A stretch of 64,000 bases of DNA from Lepidodermella squamata (Eukaryota > Animalia > Gastrotricha), in assembly GCA_047495785.1 (NCBI GenBank), contig JBLDXI010000013.1, positions 4,278,001 to 4,342,000 on the forward strand, given 5' to 3'. Position 1 is the first letter of the stretch, and each line of letters opens with the position of its first letter. The notes under the pieces are model-generated. The model worked only from the letters and a program-made list of their open reading frames with translations, had not been told where the DNA came from and did not search any database. The position numbers and the translations under genes were made by a program. Below, piece after piece: positions 50,301-62,500 of the stretch.

Positions 50301-50920
50301 TTCCATGTCGCCGATTGAATGTAGCCGACAAGCAGCGAAGCGGAGGCGATTACTGCAGGGATTAAGAATAATCAATTTGCTTTTCTTGATCAATATCAAT
50401 GGGGCTTACTGATAATAATTTTAGTTACCGCAGTCATATTATTCATGAAATCCACTAGTCTTCTAGCGTTGATCGGATCGGTCATGTTTGCAAGTGGCAG
50501 GGTGGATGAATTAGAACCGCATCCGCCATATTGCTGTGGAAAATAGTCGAAATCGAGACCTTCCTTTGCGACCCAGCTGAAAGCGAAAACCATTAACGGC
50601 AACACGGCGCCATGAACCAGCGCTGCGATTGATCCTGTTATGATCAAGCTTAAAATTTGTTGTTCTCATGGGCATGGGCAAATATTATGTACCAATAATG
50701 TATAAGAACCGATCCAGCGATGAAGAAAAGCGAAACTAAGAGTAAAGAAATGGAGAAGACTCCTGGTAAAAAGGGTCGAATAATTTACCAATTCACGCCA
50801 TCTGACTGTCGGCTTTTCCTCCTTCCTCCCACCAGTTTCAACATTCGAGCATTTGTACTTCTTTTTCCCCCGAACAGCAGCATCATCGTCAATTTCCGGC
50901 GGTAACAGTTTTTCTGGCAT
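47375..50920 (-). CDS. ABCB1/P-glycoprotein paralog lacking NBD2 (TMD1-NBD1-TMD2), about 8 exons, roughly 1050 aa; may be a young pseudogene
   Basis: Exon layout matches the neighbouring full gene, and I found no stop or frameshift after splicing. NBD1 is intact ([39 protein letters not shown]). After TMD2, IDRVPAVSSDN runs directly into AQQPSSNK-stop. Confidence 0.75.
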
Positions 50921-51124
50921 TGAAAAACATTAAAATTATCGCAGCTAAATGTTGAGAAAATTACCTGCTCCGATGTGTTTCGGTTTTTTCATGTTTATAA
51001 CTTCGTCCCGCTCAAACGCGCCGTTTTCGTGAACTATTCAGGCGATGAAAGCGAGAACAAAGCTGAAGGGCTATATTGCATAATTATTAACCTACCTTGC
51101 AGTTTCATATCAAACTTCCCATTT

Positions 51125-51278
51125 GGGCGGTTCCCGTCTGCGTGACTTATTTTGCGCGACCCAGAGTAAACTTGATTTTGCGCGACACGCACCATGCATA
51201 TGCACCATGTAATAGTCGAGCAGATCGCGTCGCGCAAACCGAGTCGCGCAAAATAAGTCGCGCAAACGGTAATCACCC
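51125..51278. mobile_element. 154-bp MITE with about 36-bp TIRs and an 8-bp TSD (TCCCATTT), MULE/hAT-type
   Basis: Left end GGGCGGTTCCCGTCTGCGTGACTTATTTTGCGCGAC versus reverse-complemented right end GGGTGATTACCGTTTGCGCGACTTATTTTGCGCGAC. TCCCATTT occurs at 51117-51124 and 51279-51286. Confidence 0.85.
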
Positions 51279-51594
51279 TCCCATTTATCCAACCGTTGTC
51301 TTGCGCCATAATCTTATCTTTCTGCTTCTTTTCAGATGCCTGACACTCTACATTAAACTGTTTCAAGTTACGTAAAAATTTTAAATAATTGAAAATGCTT
51401 AACTGACCACCCTGTTTTGGAATTTTTTCTTGAGCTAAATAAACTTTATATAGAGGTATTCGATCGAAGTATCAATAAAAGTGGCATAGACCCATGATTC
51501 ACCCCGAGACACAAGTCACACCCGTAGATGGAAAATCTGAAGTCAAAATGACCCTATATCGTGATGATATAAATATCCGAGTAGGGTAAATATG

Positions 51595-51689
51595 AAGTAA
51601 AAAAGAGAGCGACCGTAGGTTGCTTCTAACAACAACAAATTTAATTTGTTGTTGTTAGAAGCAACCTACGGTCGCTCTCTTTTTTACTT
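51595..51689. repeat. Perfect palindrome, 47-bp arms, 1-nt spacer
   Basis: AAGTAAAAAAGAGAGCGACCGTAGGTTGCTTCTAACAACAACAAATT-T, followed by its exact reverse complement. Confidence 0.95.
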
Positions 51690-51703
51690 GACCCTATAAT
51701 ATC

Positions 51704-52647
51704 ACCGTCATTTGGGGCTATCGCAAGATAAGGGGCTATTTGGTGAGACTTTTGCTTAATTAGTAGAATGAGGCTTACTCAAAAACTATGAATTCAAAGT
51801 CGATAACATTTTGCATGGGGTTTTACCTCGACAGATGACACTTATTCCGTGAAAAATATGAGGTCAAATAATAAATGGTTCTGAAGCTGTCGGCTCACCT
51901 TTCAGGTGGAATTACCCCCTCACTTGTGCATTTATCACTTACGCATTTATCCCGAAATCATTCAGAAATTTGACTGTTTCACAGCCGCGGAGGCACATTA
52001 TTGTAAATTTTTTATTGAACATTTTAAACACGTATTGCGCATCATCTTGCGACAGCTGTCTTGGTTGTCGATATCAACTTCGTTCGACAACCTTAGGTTG
52101 ATAGGTTGTAGTTCTTAGATTCCGGCAAACCCGGCTGGTTTGATGGTTTTCGGCCATCGGTGACGGTGAAGTATACTCCCGCCTGAGCGAACTCAGGGCC
52201 TACATTGGTCAAAAAGATCGAATTCGGCCTGAAAATGGCGCCAAATCGCACGCGATAAATGAACAAGTCGTTTCACCTTTTTGCATATCGTTATAAAATA
52301 TGAAGCTGTTGTATAGACATTTGATTATCTAGTAATGCGTTTTTCGGAAGCCCCACCCATTTCTTGAAACTTTTCATAATAATGTGGCTCAGTGACAACA
52401 AAGCACTAACAAATTCGGGATGATTTTAAAATAAATGCGCAAGTGATGGAAATTTTATAAAAATTTAATGCACAAGAAATTATTGCATATTGACAAATAT
52501 TAAAAAGCCTATATATGTGTCACGAATAGCCCCATCCACGGGGATATTCGGAATCCGGGTGTCATTAGGACCCTTGGAAACGTGTAAAAAAGCAAAAACA
52601 CCAAGGGGTCATTTTTTGACGCCAACCGAGTAACCCCAAATGACGGT
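51704..52647. mobile_element. About 945-bp non-autonomous DNA element with 14-bp TIRs (ACCGTCATTTGGGG), pogo/Tc1-like ends
   Basis: ACCGTCATTTGGGG at 51704 and CCCCAAATGACGGT ending at 52647; no coding capacity. Confidence 0.6.
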
Positions 52648-53339
52648 ACTTGAATAAGAAATCGCTGATTATCGATTATCAATTATCTATCGATTTTCGA
52701 ATACCACAATCCACAATTAGCTAAAGAAATTTCACCTGCATGAGATGCGCGATGTTTCAAAGTATTTTTCTAGTAAATTATAGCTTATTTTTAGAGGTCA
52801 GGCTTTTCAAGAAAAAATTCCAAAAAATCGCTGCTAGTGTCTTTTCAACAACATAACCCTAAAGCCACAGGATTGCTGCATAATTTAATCTTGCATTGTT
52901 TCCAAGCTAGCGCTAAATACTCGTAGGTGTGTATAGCCATGTTGAGCTTTAAGGTCCTTTACTCATATTTGAGTCATAGATGAGTAAATAAGATTTGCTG
53001 GAAAACGCCGTATATACTCATAGTTGAGTAAGCAATTTGAACACTGGCCCCGTATACTCCTATAAGACCAAGAGTTTTTTTGTAATTAAGTAAGAAAGAA
53101 GAAACTCATGTTTAATTGGAAAAAACAAATACCCATATGGCAGATATAAATCCTAACTGCTTGCCCTATGACACATAAAGTTGAGAACCAAGAATGGCTA
53201 TTGTTTCCTAGTTTACATATTGTATTTATATTAGCATAGGGCCGCCACCGTTCACAAATTCAACAAAAATGAGAAATTTTCAACACATTGGTTGCCCCCT
53301 TGAAAATTGCGATTTCGCAATAAAAAATACAAACCAGCA

Positions 53340-54145
53340 GCCGATTTTTTCCGTAGTTCTACCGTAGAAATTGCCATAGTTTTTCCGTAGTTTATCCGTA
53401 GCGCTAATTTCTACTGTAGAAGCAGCAAATACGGTTAAAAATATCAGAAAAACAATTACAAAATGCAGTGAGGGGGCGCAGTGAATCGAACCACCAAATA
53501 CTGACTTGTATATTAAATCAACCATGCCCCCAACAATTATGCCACCCACTACTTCACAAAGTATAATTCGTTTAACGGGCTGATCTCCTTGAGAATATAG
53601 GAAATAAATACCTATTAGAATCAAGGTAAGCATCGGAATGGCAGGATGTAAGGTGAAAAGATTAGAGCCCGCCACTGTTATGAAACTGAATAGCGGTTGT
53701 GACGCGTCAAAAACGCCAATTTGGCTCAACGGCTTAAAATGTACTGTATTTTCAGGGGTGATTTGCGACCACTTTTCAATACCAGGGAATGTTTCCTTCG
53801 GGTTCTAACCATGACAGTTGAATGGAGCGCCCTTAGTCCATAACCCTGGGAAATTTCAAGCCCCCGGGCGCCACTGATTAGCGGTTGTGGCGCGTCAAAA
53901 ACGCCCCCAAAACAACGCTCACCGACTTATCCGTGAAATTTTACCTCAAACTGCCCCTACCACTTCAGTATAGTTTTCGACGTTCATTCCCGACGAGACA
54001 GTGACGTCTTCAATTGAAAATATGTTGATAACTTTATTTTCAAGGTATCAAGCACATATTTTGTTCAAGTTTTCTTACCGTAGTGCTTACCGTAGTTTTT
54101 CCGTAGTTTTACCGTAGTGCGTAGTGCTACGGAAAAACTACGGTA
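53340..54145. repeat. Two clusters of degenerate CCGTAG(T) minisatellite (about 53345-53410 and 54075-54145), plus a 26-bp near-direct repeat AGCGGTTGTG(A/G)CGCGTCAAAAACGCC
   Basis: Directly visible in the sequence; probably the ends of a decayed element. Confidence 0.55.
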
Positions 54146-54481
54146 TAGAAATCGTATATAGGTAATCAATGACGCACTGCACACTGGTTGCCGTTTTTCT
54201 CTCAATTAGCTAACCGTAACCGGCAATTAGCGAAAAATAAAATTTTTTGAATCGAAGTGTTTATCAACTCATATCTAGGGTTAAAAAAATCGCTGATTCC
54301 GAAAATCCCATTTTCAACTAAAAATTCGGCAATTTAAATTTTTGATGTCATATAGGCCCAGTTTTCGAACAGTTGGACTTGAAATAAAAATCTGGAAAAT
54401 TCACCAAAATGTGCGGCTGAAAAAGTTACTATATACAGACCTGTTTTCAGCGTTCTACATTAACTTTTAACATGAGACGTC

Positions 54482-55053
54482 TCATGACCGATCTGACTCC
54501 GCTAGTCGGAAAAGATCAGAATCGGTTGCAAAAACAAGGAAAAACCCAAATGAAAGCATCATTATCGATCGCAGAAACCGTTTCCCAATGGTCGAAATGA
54601 CGTATTGTCTTACTGGGTCCTCTTTGTCATCGACATGAACCGCCGCAATCTGGTCAAAATACCCCCCAATTGTCTTCGGGTTACCCGGTTCAAACTCGCG
54701 TCGAATCGCGTAGAGACTTTTCGACATCGAGGCGAAGTCATTCAGCAAATTAGCCGCTTCTTTAGCTAAATCTGCATTTTTCAGCGTGCAAATAGATCGT
54801 TCATGCGAGCCTTTTCGGTTTCGTAGACTGTCGGTAGAGGCGTTGTTTCGCTGCGAGCCCTCTCGCGAATTCTCGCTTTGGCCATTTCGGAATAAACCTT
54901 CGCGAAATTGGGAACCTCCTTGTGCTTGCCTGTGATCTTCTCGATTTTGTCGGTGGGATGGGTTCCGGCGGCGGGATGGGTGCCTGCGGCGGGATGGATG
55001 CGTGCGGTTGAGTGTGGTTGAAGTTGAGGTTGAAGCGGTTCCTGAGGCGCCAT
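54482..55053 (-). pseudogene. Frameshifted FLYWCH/MULE-type transposase fragment
   Basis: KARIRERARSETTPLPTVYETEK ... (frameshift near 54780) ... LNDFASMSKSLYAIRREFEPGNPKT resembles the region upstream of the MULE DDE domain (SLYRxRR...PxxPK). Confidence 0.55.
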
Positions 55054-55202
55054 GTGCAGTTGCTGCAGAGGAAATGCCTTTTCAATTAGATTAAAATGTT
55101 ATTTTATTTTATATTTCTATTGCTCTTCGACGTTATCATTCAGAGAACAGTTTGCTTTCATTTCAATTTTCCAAATTCTTTTCAATAATTTGTCTGAATT
55201 TA

Positions 55203-55488
55203 CTTAGTGGAACCATCGAATCCACAAAATCGCTATTGGGTGACTAAAAATGGTTGAAGGACGCGATTGGTTAGATTTTCCGGCATCTTAGCGTGTTATT
55301 TCTTGAACAGAAAGAAAATCCTGAATTTCCCGGGTTCGATTCGCGGTGGCCGAGCATCATTTTTTCTGAGAGTTTTTCACTTTTCAAGAAATAACATGCC
55401 AAGATGCTGGAAAATCTAACCAATCGCGTCCTTCAACCATTTTTAGTCCAACCAATAGCGATTTTGTGGATTCGATGGTTCCACTAAG
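55203..55488. mobile_element. Tourist/PIF-Harbinger-like palindromic MITE, about 105-bp TIRs, TTA TSD
   Basis: Arms 55203-55307 and 55383-55488 are near-perfect inverted copies. TTA occurs at 55200-55202 and 55489-55491. Confidence 0.8.
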
Positions 55489-55539
55489 TTAAGAAAACGA
55501 ATTTTTAATTTTTTCTTTTATTTCGAATATTTTGGGAAA

Positions 55540-56929
55540 GGTTCGCCATCCTTTCCTCAACCGCCTTTCCTCAACCATATATTTGCTCCACAACACGCAT
55601 TTACTCAACCTGTACTTTGCTCAACATCTTTGTGGGATTAAGTGGGATTAAGTAGGATTAACGTCTATCGTCAAAACAAATTAGCTTGAATCAGGGACAA
55701 CGCGAGTAAATGAATTCGATAGGACGTTGAGTGCGATTAACGCGTATCAGGACATGAAGTCGATTTTTCGCCAATTACGCGGAAAATGTGGTTAACTAGT
55801 GTTCCTTAGCCTTGCCAACAGCCTTGTTGGTCTCGCTATCTTCTTCCCCAAAATGTTGCCGCAGACACTCACTCTACGCTCTGCTACTCGAATTAGTCGA
55901 ATGAAAGCATGAGGTTGGGCGCGCGCGTTACACAACCAGCACACAATCACACGCGCACAAAAAAAATTTAGATTTATTTCCCTATTATTATTTCTTCCCC
56001 ATTTTTAACCATAAAACCGCGCATATCTGCTAATTCGTTGAAGCCGAATACCGCACTGCCCGAATAAAAAATCATGAAATATATTACTTTAGAGTGCTCG
56101 ACCCAACGACCAAAGTTTACGGGCTCACGTAGAAAAAAGGGTCCTAAATACCCCTTGAAACACCCCTATTACCCTGAAATTTATTTGAGGCTGACATTAG
56201 TTTCGGCTGTACGGTATCAAATGTATTCTTTAAATTCCTCACAGTTGAAAAGTTATCAAGGCGCAAAAATTCGCAATCGGCCGCGCGCTTAAAACGTTGC
56301 GAAAAATGTACACACGGAAAAGTCTGCCGAAAATTAACCATAAATTAATTGAATTTCATAATTATATGGTATAACTGAAACGTGGGTAAAGAGTTCATAT
56401 CTGAACGGAGCCGGCCGAGATTTACGAATAGAAACGAGCCTGAGGCGAGTTGAGATGAGTAAATCGAGTACGGAGAGTTCACTTATATACGATTTACGAA
56501 TGTTATACCGTAAAATATCGAATTGGCCAAGCTACTCGACCTATATTTCTGAGGACAATTCTATATTTGATATATGTCAAAAAGCCGTCATGATAATCGA
56601 AAGTATTCCTTTGACATCAGCGCGCGGGCTCATTTTAGGTTAATAATTTCGACTTGGGCGTTTTGCCGCGAAATTTTAGCTCTCAACAATCTCAACAACC
56701 GTAAATAGTTCTAAGTAGCTGAATGACTCTTAAGTAAGGTGATTTGGTCACGGACGTGGTAGTAAATGTCACCTGTTTTACAACCTCTTGACACACGTCG
56801 CGCACACGTCGCGCGCCCGCGGCCGAGCCTCTCTCGCGCACGCGGTTGAGTGGCGTTAGATGTTGTGTAAACAATACGTTGAGGAAATAGCATGTTGAGG
56901 AAAGGCGGTTGAGGAAAGGCGGCACTACC
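55540..56929. mobile_element. About 1.4-kb non-autonomous element with TIRs made of TTTCCTCAAC subrepeats
   Basis: Left GGTTCGCCATCCTTTCCTCAACCGCCTTTCCTCAAC versus reverse-complemented right GGTAGTGCCGCCTTTCCTCAACCGCCTTTCCTCAAC; no TSD found. Confidence 0.7.
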
Positions 56930-56939
56930 TTGTCACCCC

Positions 56940-57236
56940 ATTTCAATCAAAGAAAAAATTGCGGTCACCCTGCGATACCTGGCCACCTGAGAAAGCCAGA
57001 CTAGTTTGGCGTCTACGTTCAGAATGGGTGCTTCGACGGTACATTTCATCCTGAAGAAAACGCTTCCTTCGATTTATCAAGCGCTTCAGCCTTTTTACAT
57101 GGCGCCGCCGACGACCGAAAAATGGCGAGAACTGGCTGCCGAATTCGGTGCCTATTGGAATTTGCCGTTTTGCTGCGGTGCTGTAGACGGGAAACACTGC
57201 ACCATTACGAAGCCGGCACACTCTGGCAGCGAGTAA
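56940..57236 (+). mobile_element. PIF/Harbinger (HARBI1-like) DDE transposase fragment with a nonsense mutation
   Basis: ISIKEKIAVTLRYLAT*ESQTSLASTFRMGASTV...WNLPFCCGAVDGKHCTITKPAHSGS contains the Harbinger motifs LAVTLRYLATG and GAIDGKH. Confidence 0.88.
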
Positions 57237-57739
57237 GATTACTATAGGGTAAAAATAATATTTTTATTTGCATTTTTGGAATAATATTAAAAAAAATTTG
57301 AACATTTTGAATTTTGAAATTTTCCAAAAAAATCAGATTGAAATGAAAGTTAATTACACATTTTTGTATTTCCGATTTTTTTCAATTTTATAGGGAACTT
57401 AATAAGAAAGAAATAAATGAATAAGACATTTTATCTCTCGCGTTTTTTTAATGCCGACCCTGTAGAAAAATGTTAAAAATGTCGTAGTCACACACCTGAC
57501 GCGCGCCGCACGACGCGCTATTGTTTTAAGCCGCGCACTTCATACAACTTCGGAGAGAGAACAATAGAAACATCGGACGAAATTCGCCGCACTTCGGAGC
57601 TGATAAGACATCCGAACTTATGCACATGGGCTCCGAAGTTCGGATACACCCGTCCGAAGCGGCGTCCGAAGTGTTTATAAATCCAGCATAAGTAGAAAAA
57701 TACGTTCAACAACGTACAACGCAGTGAATCGTTCAGTTT

Positions 57740-58560
57740 AAACATCGGTTCGAAGTGACGCATTTCATACTGGCTCGGTTCATTCAGCTGGAACATGGCC
57801 TGCATCGCTACAGGGGCTTGACCGTTGAGGCATTTCCATACCAAAGTTGCTAAATGAATTGCATGCTTCTGATGCACGCTGGCCCAACCGAGGCAACGTC
57901 GAAGATGAGCTGCGTCGGCGAGAGGATGAGCGCCGCAGATGATTCGAACGGCGCGATCTTGAGTTGATTGGAGCCGATGCAACGTTGTCGGTGCTGCCTG
58001 TCCCAAAGTCAAGTCGCCATAATTGAGATGGCTGAAGATCAGGCTGTTTGCCATCTGAATAGCAGTTTTGCGATCGACAAATTTACTCTGCTTGTTTGAG
58101 CGCGAACAGGCCCTTCCGCGCCTTGCTTTTAGCGCCTTTGATAAGTTTTTTGAACGTAAGCTTATTGTTGTCATGCCGTGGGTTGAACAACTGAGCCGTT
58201 GATTGTAATCGAGAAATTCGGCGCGGTGGGTTTAGAGCATTATTCATTATTGTGATTTTTCCCGTTCACAGCTAGCGAGTTGCATTGAAGCCAATGACAA
58301 TTTCATTTCCAGTTGTAAGACTGGTTTAAGTTCATTCACGTTCTGGCTGGCAAAATAAATCGTAATATCATCAGCATACTGTTTGATTCCACATCGAGTA
58401 ACAACATTCGACAACTCATTAACATATACCGTAAACATCAGAGGATCGAGGACCGATCCTTATGGTACGCCAACACTAACATCTTCAAATGAAGAAAATT
58501 CGATGTTGACCTTGGTTGCTTGACGGCGACCTTGCGGGTAATTTCGAATCGGCATGAGAG
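57740..58560 (-). mobile_element. Degenerate non-LTR retrotransposon (CR1/L2-clade) reverse transcriptase and C-terminal region
   Basis: GVP*GSVLDPLMFTVYVNEL...QYADDITIY (RT motifs) and SLIFSHLNYG...LQSTQDRAVRII...LGW...LVWKCLNGQAP, broken by stops and frameshifts. Confidence 0.88.
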
Positions 58561-59534
58561 CGCACGGTGAAAGATCAAGTCAAAATCAAAATTCAACTTA
58601 AACCGAAAAACAGACCTTTCGCGAACCTTCGTGAGTAGGCAGTCTTTCTTAAATTATTTCTATGGTCGACACCTTGGCGTTGTTTGTGCAAAAGGGGCAG
58701 AACTTCAGCTCGTTGCTGCGGGTCGAGGCGGCAATTGAACGAGTACATCGCCCACCGCTCGTGGTTGTTGAACCGCACGACTTGTGCGATCTTTACGACA
58801 CCCGACTAACTGTGTTAAGTATTAGGCCACATGCAAATAAGAGGGATAAGAAGTCGAGCACAAAATTGCTCGTTGCGGCATCCAATTTGATCGGAAGCCA
58901 ACCAAATTTCGTGAATTTTCTGGAATTTCTGATTGATTCAAGCAAATCCTCGCAGATACTAGCCGTGATATTCAGTGCAAGGCCTGGCCCTCACTTTCAG
59001 AGATCAACGTAATTGGTGTGATCTGAAAAATTATTCAAAAATGGTAATTTCGTTTGGTTCGTTTTGTGCCAAGTTCTAAAATTTGGTTTCGCTAAAAGAT
59101 ATTCTGTTTGAATACAAGATAGGATCCTGAATTCAAGGCAGGACTTTGGGAGACGTTGGAGAGGGCGATCCTGGAATGACTACAACCAAGGGTGGCTGAA
59201 ATTGAATTTATTCTCACACATCTTGTCAGCACAAATGGTCTGACGTCTGATTCGTCAAATTAAAGCTTCGCCGTTAATTCATATCATTTTCGAGCTTTTA
59301 CAAAGTACGAATATAATAAACAATGGAAAAAGATATTGGGAATGAACAATTAGTCGTAACCAACCAAAAGAACAAAACATAAATCACGTCAAGCTTCAAG
59401 GGTATTGTTCATAAACATACGCCAAATTTTTTCAATTTTGAATAAATTTTGATCACAATTTTCTCATAATTTGCAAGACTTTTACATTATATAAATTGAT
59501 AGTGATAAAAATAAAAAAACAATAATAGAGTCTA

Positions 59535-62500
59535 CTAGTTGGATGAGAGTTGCTGAGCGCTCCACAGTCCCCAGTATGTGCCTTTCAAGGCCAGAAGTTC
59601 AGCGTGTTTCCCAAGCTCACGAACAACCCCGTCCTGAATAACGGCAATCACATCGGCGCCCTCTATGGTCGACAATCGGTGGGCAATTACCAGCGCCGTG
59701 CGCCCATTTCGAGCCTTGTCCAGCGCCTCTTGAACAATTTTCTCACTCTCGGAATCCAAAGCAGACGTCGCTTCGTCTAGCAGCAGCATTTCAGGTTTCC
59801 GTATCAACGCGCGGGCAATGGCAACACGCTGCTTTTGGCCACCACTCAGCTGGGCGCCGCGTTCACCAACACGAGTTTTGTAACCCTCAGGCAATTTGCT
59901 GATAAACTCGTGGATGTTGGCCATTTTGCAGGCTTCAATAATCTCGTCTTTCATTGCGTCAGCTTTTGCGGATTCATTCTCGAAGGTAATGCCATCCACA
60001 CCGTATAAGACGTTTTCAGCAATGGTTCGATCGAAGAGGATCGGCTCTTGAGATACCAGCGAAATTTTAGCGCGAACCCATGGCAGGTGAAGTGACGTCA
60101 TCAAATTTTCGTCCAAACGCACCTCGCCTTTGACTGGATCGTAGAAGCGTTCCAAGAGCTGAATTACGGTAGACTTGCCTCCTCCGCTATGATGAAAGCG
60201 GAATGAAGACAGATGAAAAAGGGAAGCTCTAACATACCTAGCTCCCACAAGAGCGATAGTTTGCCCACGCTCCACCTTGAGATTCAGCCCTCTAAGAATT
60301 TTCGCCGTGGGGCGGGCTGGATAGTGGAATTCAACGTCTTTGAATGAAGCAGTTCCTTTGTAAGCATCTATGATAACAAAAGTATGAAATGTTGCCAAAT
60401 ATTCACCAAGTGTCGAGCTTACTTGGCTTGGTTCCGCTTTCGTTATCCCAGCTTATAGCCGGCACGCGATCTATCAACTTGAAAATTTCAGCAACTGCAA
60501 TTCTAGCCTTTTGCTGGTCAGGAGCCATTGCATTGGCTTGACCCATCGCAGAGGCGCTGAATATTATTGCCGATAGTCTGTAATACCCTCAATTTGACTG
60601 ATTCACATTAGGAAAACTTCTGTCTTACGCAGCGTAGACACTCTGGAAATCAGTCAAGCCGTCTTCGACGAAAACAGCACCAGCGTAGAAAGCTGCGGCG
60701 AATGCGTAAATCATTGCAGCTTCACTGAGGCCGATACAGAATGCGGCGACTTGGATCTTCAACATTTCCCGTCTGTGGCGGCTGATAAGCGGTGCGTTGA
60801 ACATGTCGATGAAAACTCGGTATACCCCAAGAGTTGTCACGGTTCGGATGTTGCCGGTAGATGCAACAAGCGCACGAGTCGCTTGTTCGACAAACCTGTC
60901 CTGTTTTACGTTATCGCCGATTGCTTTGGCCTGTACGAGACCACCGATAGCAAGAACAGGCATAAATGCGATCATGATGAGCGTGACGCGCCATTCGTGA
61001 TAGAAACCAATGACGAGAGCGGCGATTATGCAAGTGATCACCTGAGCCATTTGCGCCAAGCTCGCTCCAGTTGCGTCCTTCACAGCTCCGGCTTGGGTTG
61101 CCAGCCGCGACGTTAGCGCTCCAACAGCGTTGTCATCCTCGTCGAACCACGACATGTCCTGACGTAGCATTGATTGGAACGCCAGCTTACGAATTCTCGC
61201 CACCAATCGCTCACCCTATTGATGTATCAAAAATCTAAAGTATAATGGTAGAGGTTGAAATCTAACCCCGAATGCAACCATAGAATGCATAAGAAAAACG
61301 CCGATAAAATTAGCTCCACCGATCGCCAAAAATAAAAGCGAAAAGAGCAGGCCTTTTCGATTTCGTTCGTCTTCATCACAATCCCTAAACATATAGGCGA
61401 TATAAATCATTTTTAAGCAAGAGGAACGTAATTACGTGAAAGCTCCTAGCATTCTGGAGAAAATGATCGAAAAGGAAGGCCAAACAGCCCCGGCAACGAT
61501 GGCTCCTAAATGATAAGAGAAACTCATATTATATAATGTGGGCAATTTCAAATTCTCCCTTACCTAAAAGGGCTAAGAAAAAGAACGGATATTCCGGCGC
61601 AGCCATTTTCCAAAGTCGCAGTGAAGAAAAATGTTGTTTAACAAGAGCTTTTTCTTGCTGCTTCCTTTCGCGAGATGACAATTCAGGCTTGTTGCTGTCT
61701 ACGGCTTGCTTATTCGCTTTAGTTTCGCTTTTAGCGCTGATGACCTTGCTATTCTTCGCCAAGGCAGCTCTGCGTTCCTTGATGTCATTTAATGTAGTCT
61801 CAATATCGGTAACGCCCTCGCGACCTTGCTGAGCTTCGACCAACCTCGCGTAGATTCCTTGCTTTGCGATGAGTTCGGAATGTGTTCCACTTTCAGCTAC
61901 TGAACCATTGTCGACGACGATGATTTTATCAGCGTTCATGATTGTGGAGAGCCGGTGGGCGATAGCAATAGTCGTACGGCCAGCTCGAGCTCGGTCAAGC
62001 GCCTCTTGAACAATCGCTTCAGACTCAGTATCCAACGCAGACGTGGCTTCGTCGAGCAAGATTATTCTAGGGTTCCGTACAAGGGCACGAGCAATGGCAA
62101 CACGCTGCTTCTGCCCGCCACTCAACTGGGCCCCATGCTCGCCGACCATTGTTTCGTAGCCTTGGGGTAGTTTCGTAATAAAATCATGAGCGTTCGCCAA
62201 TTTCGCCGCGTTTTCCACATCTTCACGGGTGACATTCGGGTAGCCGTAGCGAATGTTCTCGAAAATCGTTGTGCCGAAAAGGACTGGCTCTTGGCTGACG
62301 CTGCCTATCATCGATCGGAACCAGAAAATGTTGTAATCGCGTAAATCACTGCCATCGACGAGAACAGATCCAGACTCGGGATCGTAGAATCGTTGAAGCA
62401 ATTGGATAACAGTAGATTTACCGCAACCACTCGCCCCCACCAATGCAACAGTGGTACCCGGCTCTACGGTTAGCGATAACCCTCGCAAGATTTGCACATC

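Noticed and set aside
53280-53729. 149-aa hydrophobic ORF
   Set aside because: TTG start, overlaps a minisatellite, and the hydrophobicity follows from AT-rich composition.
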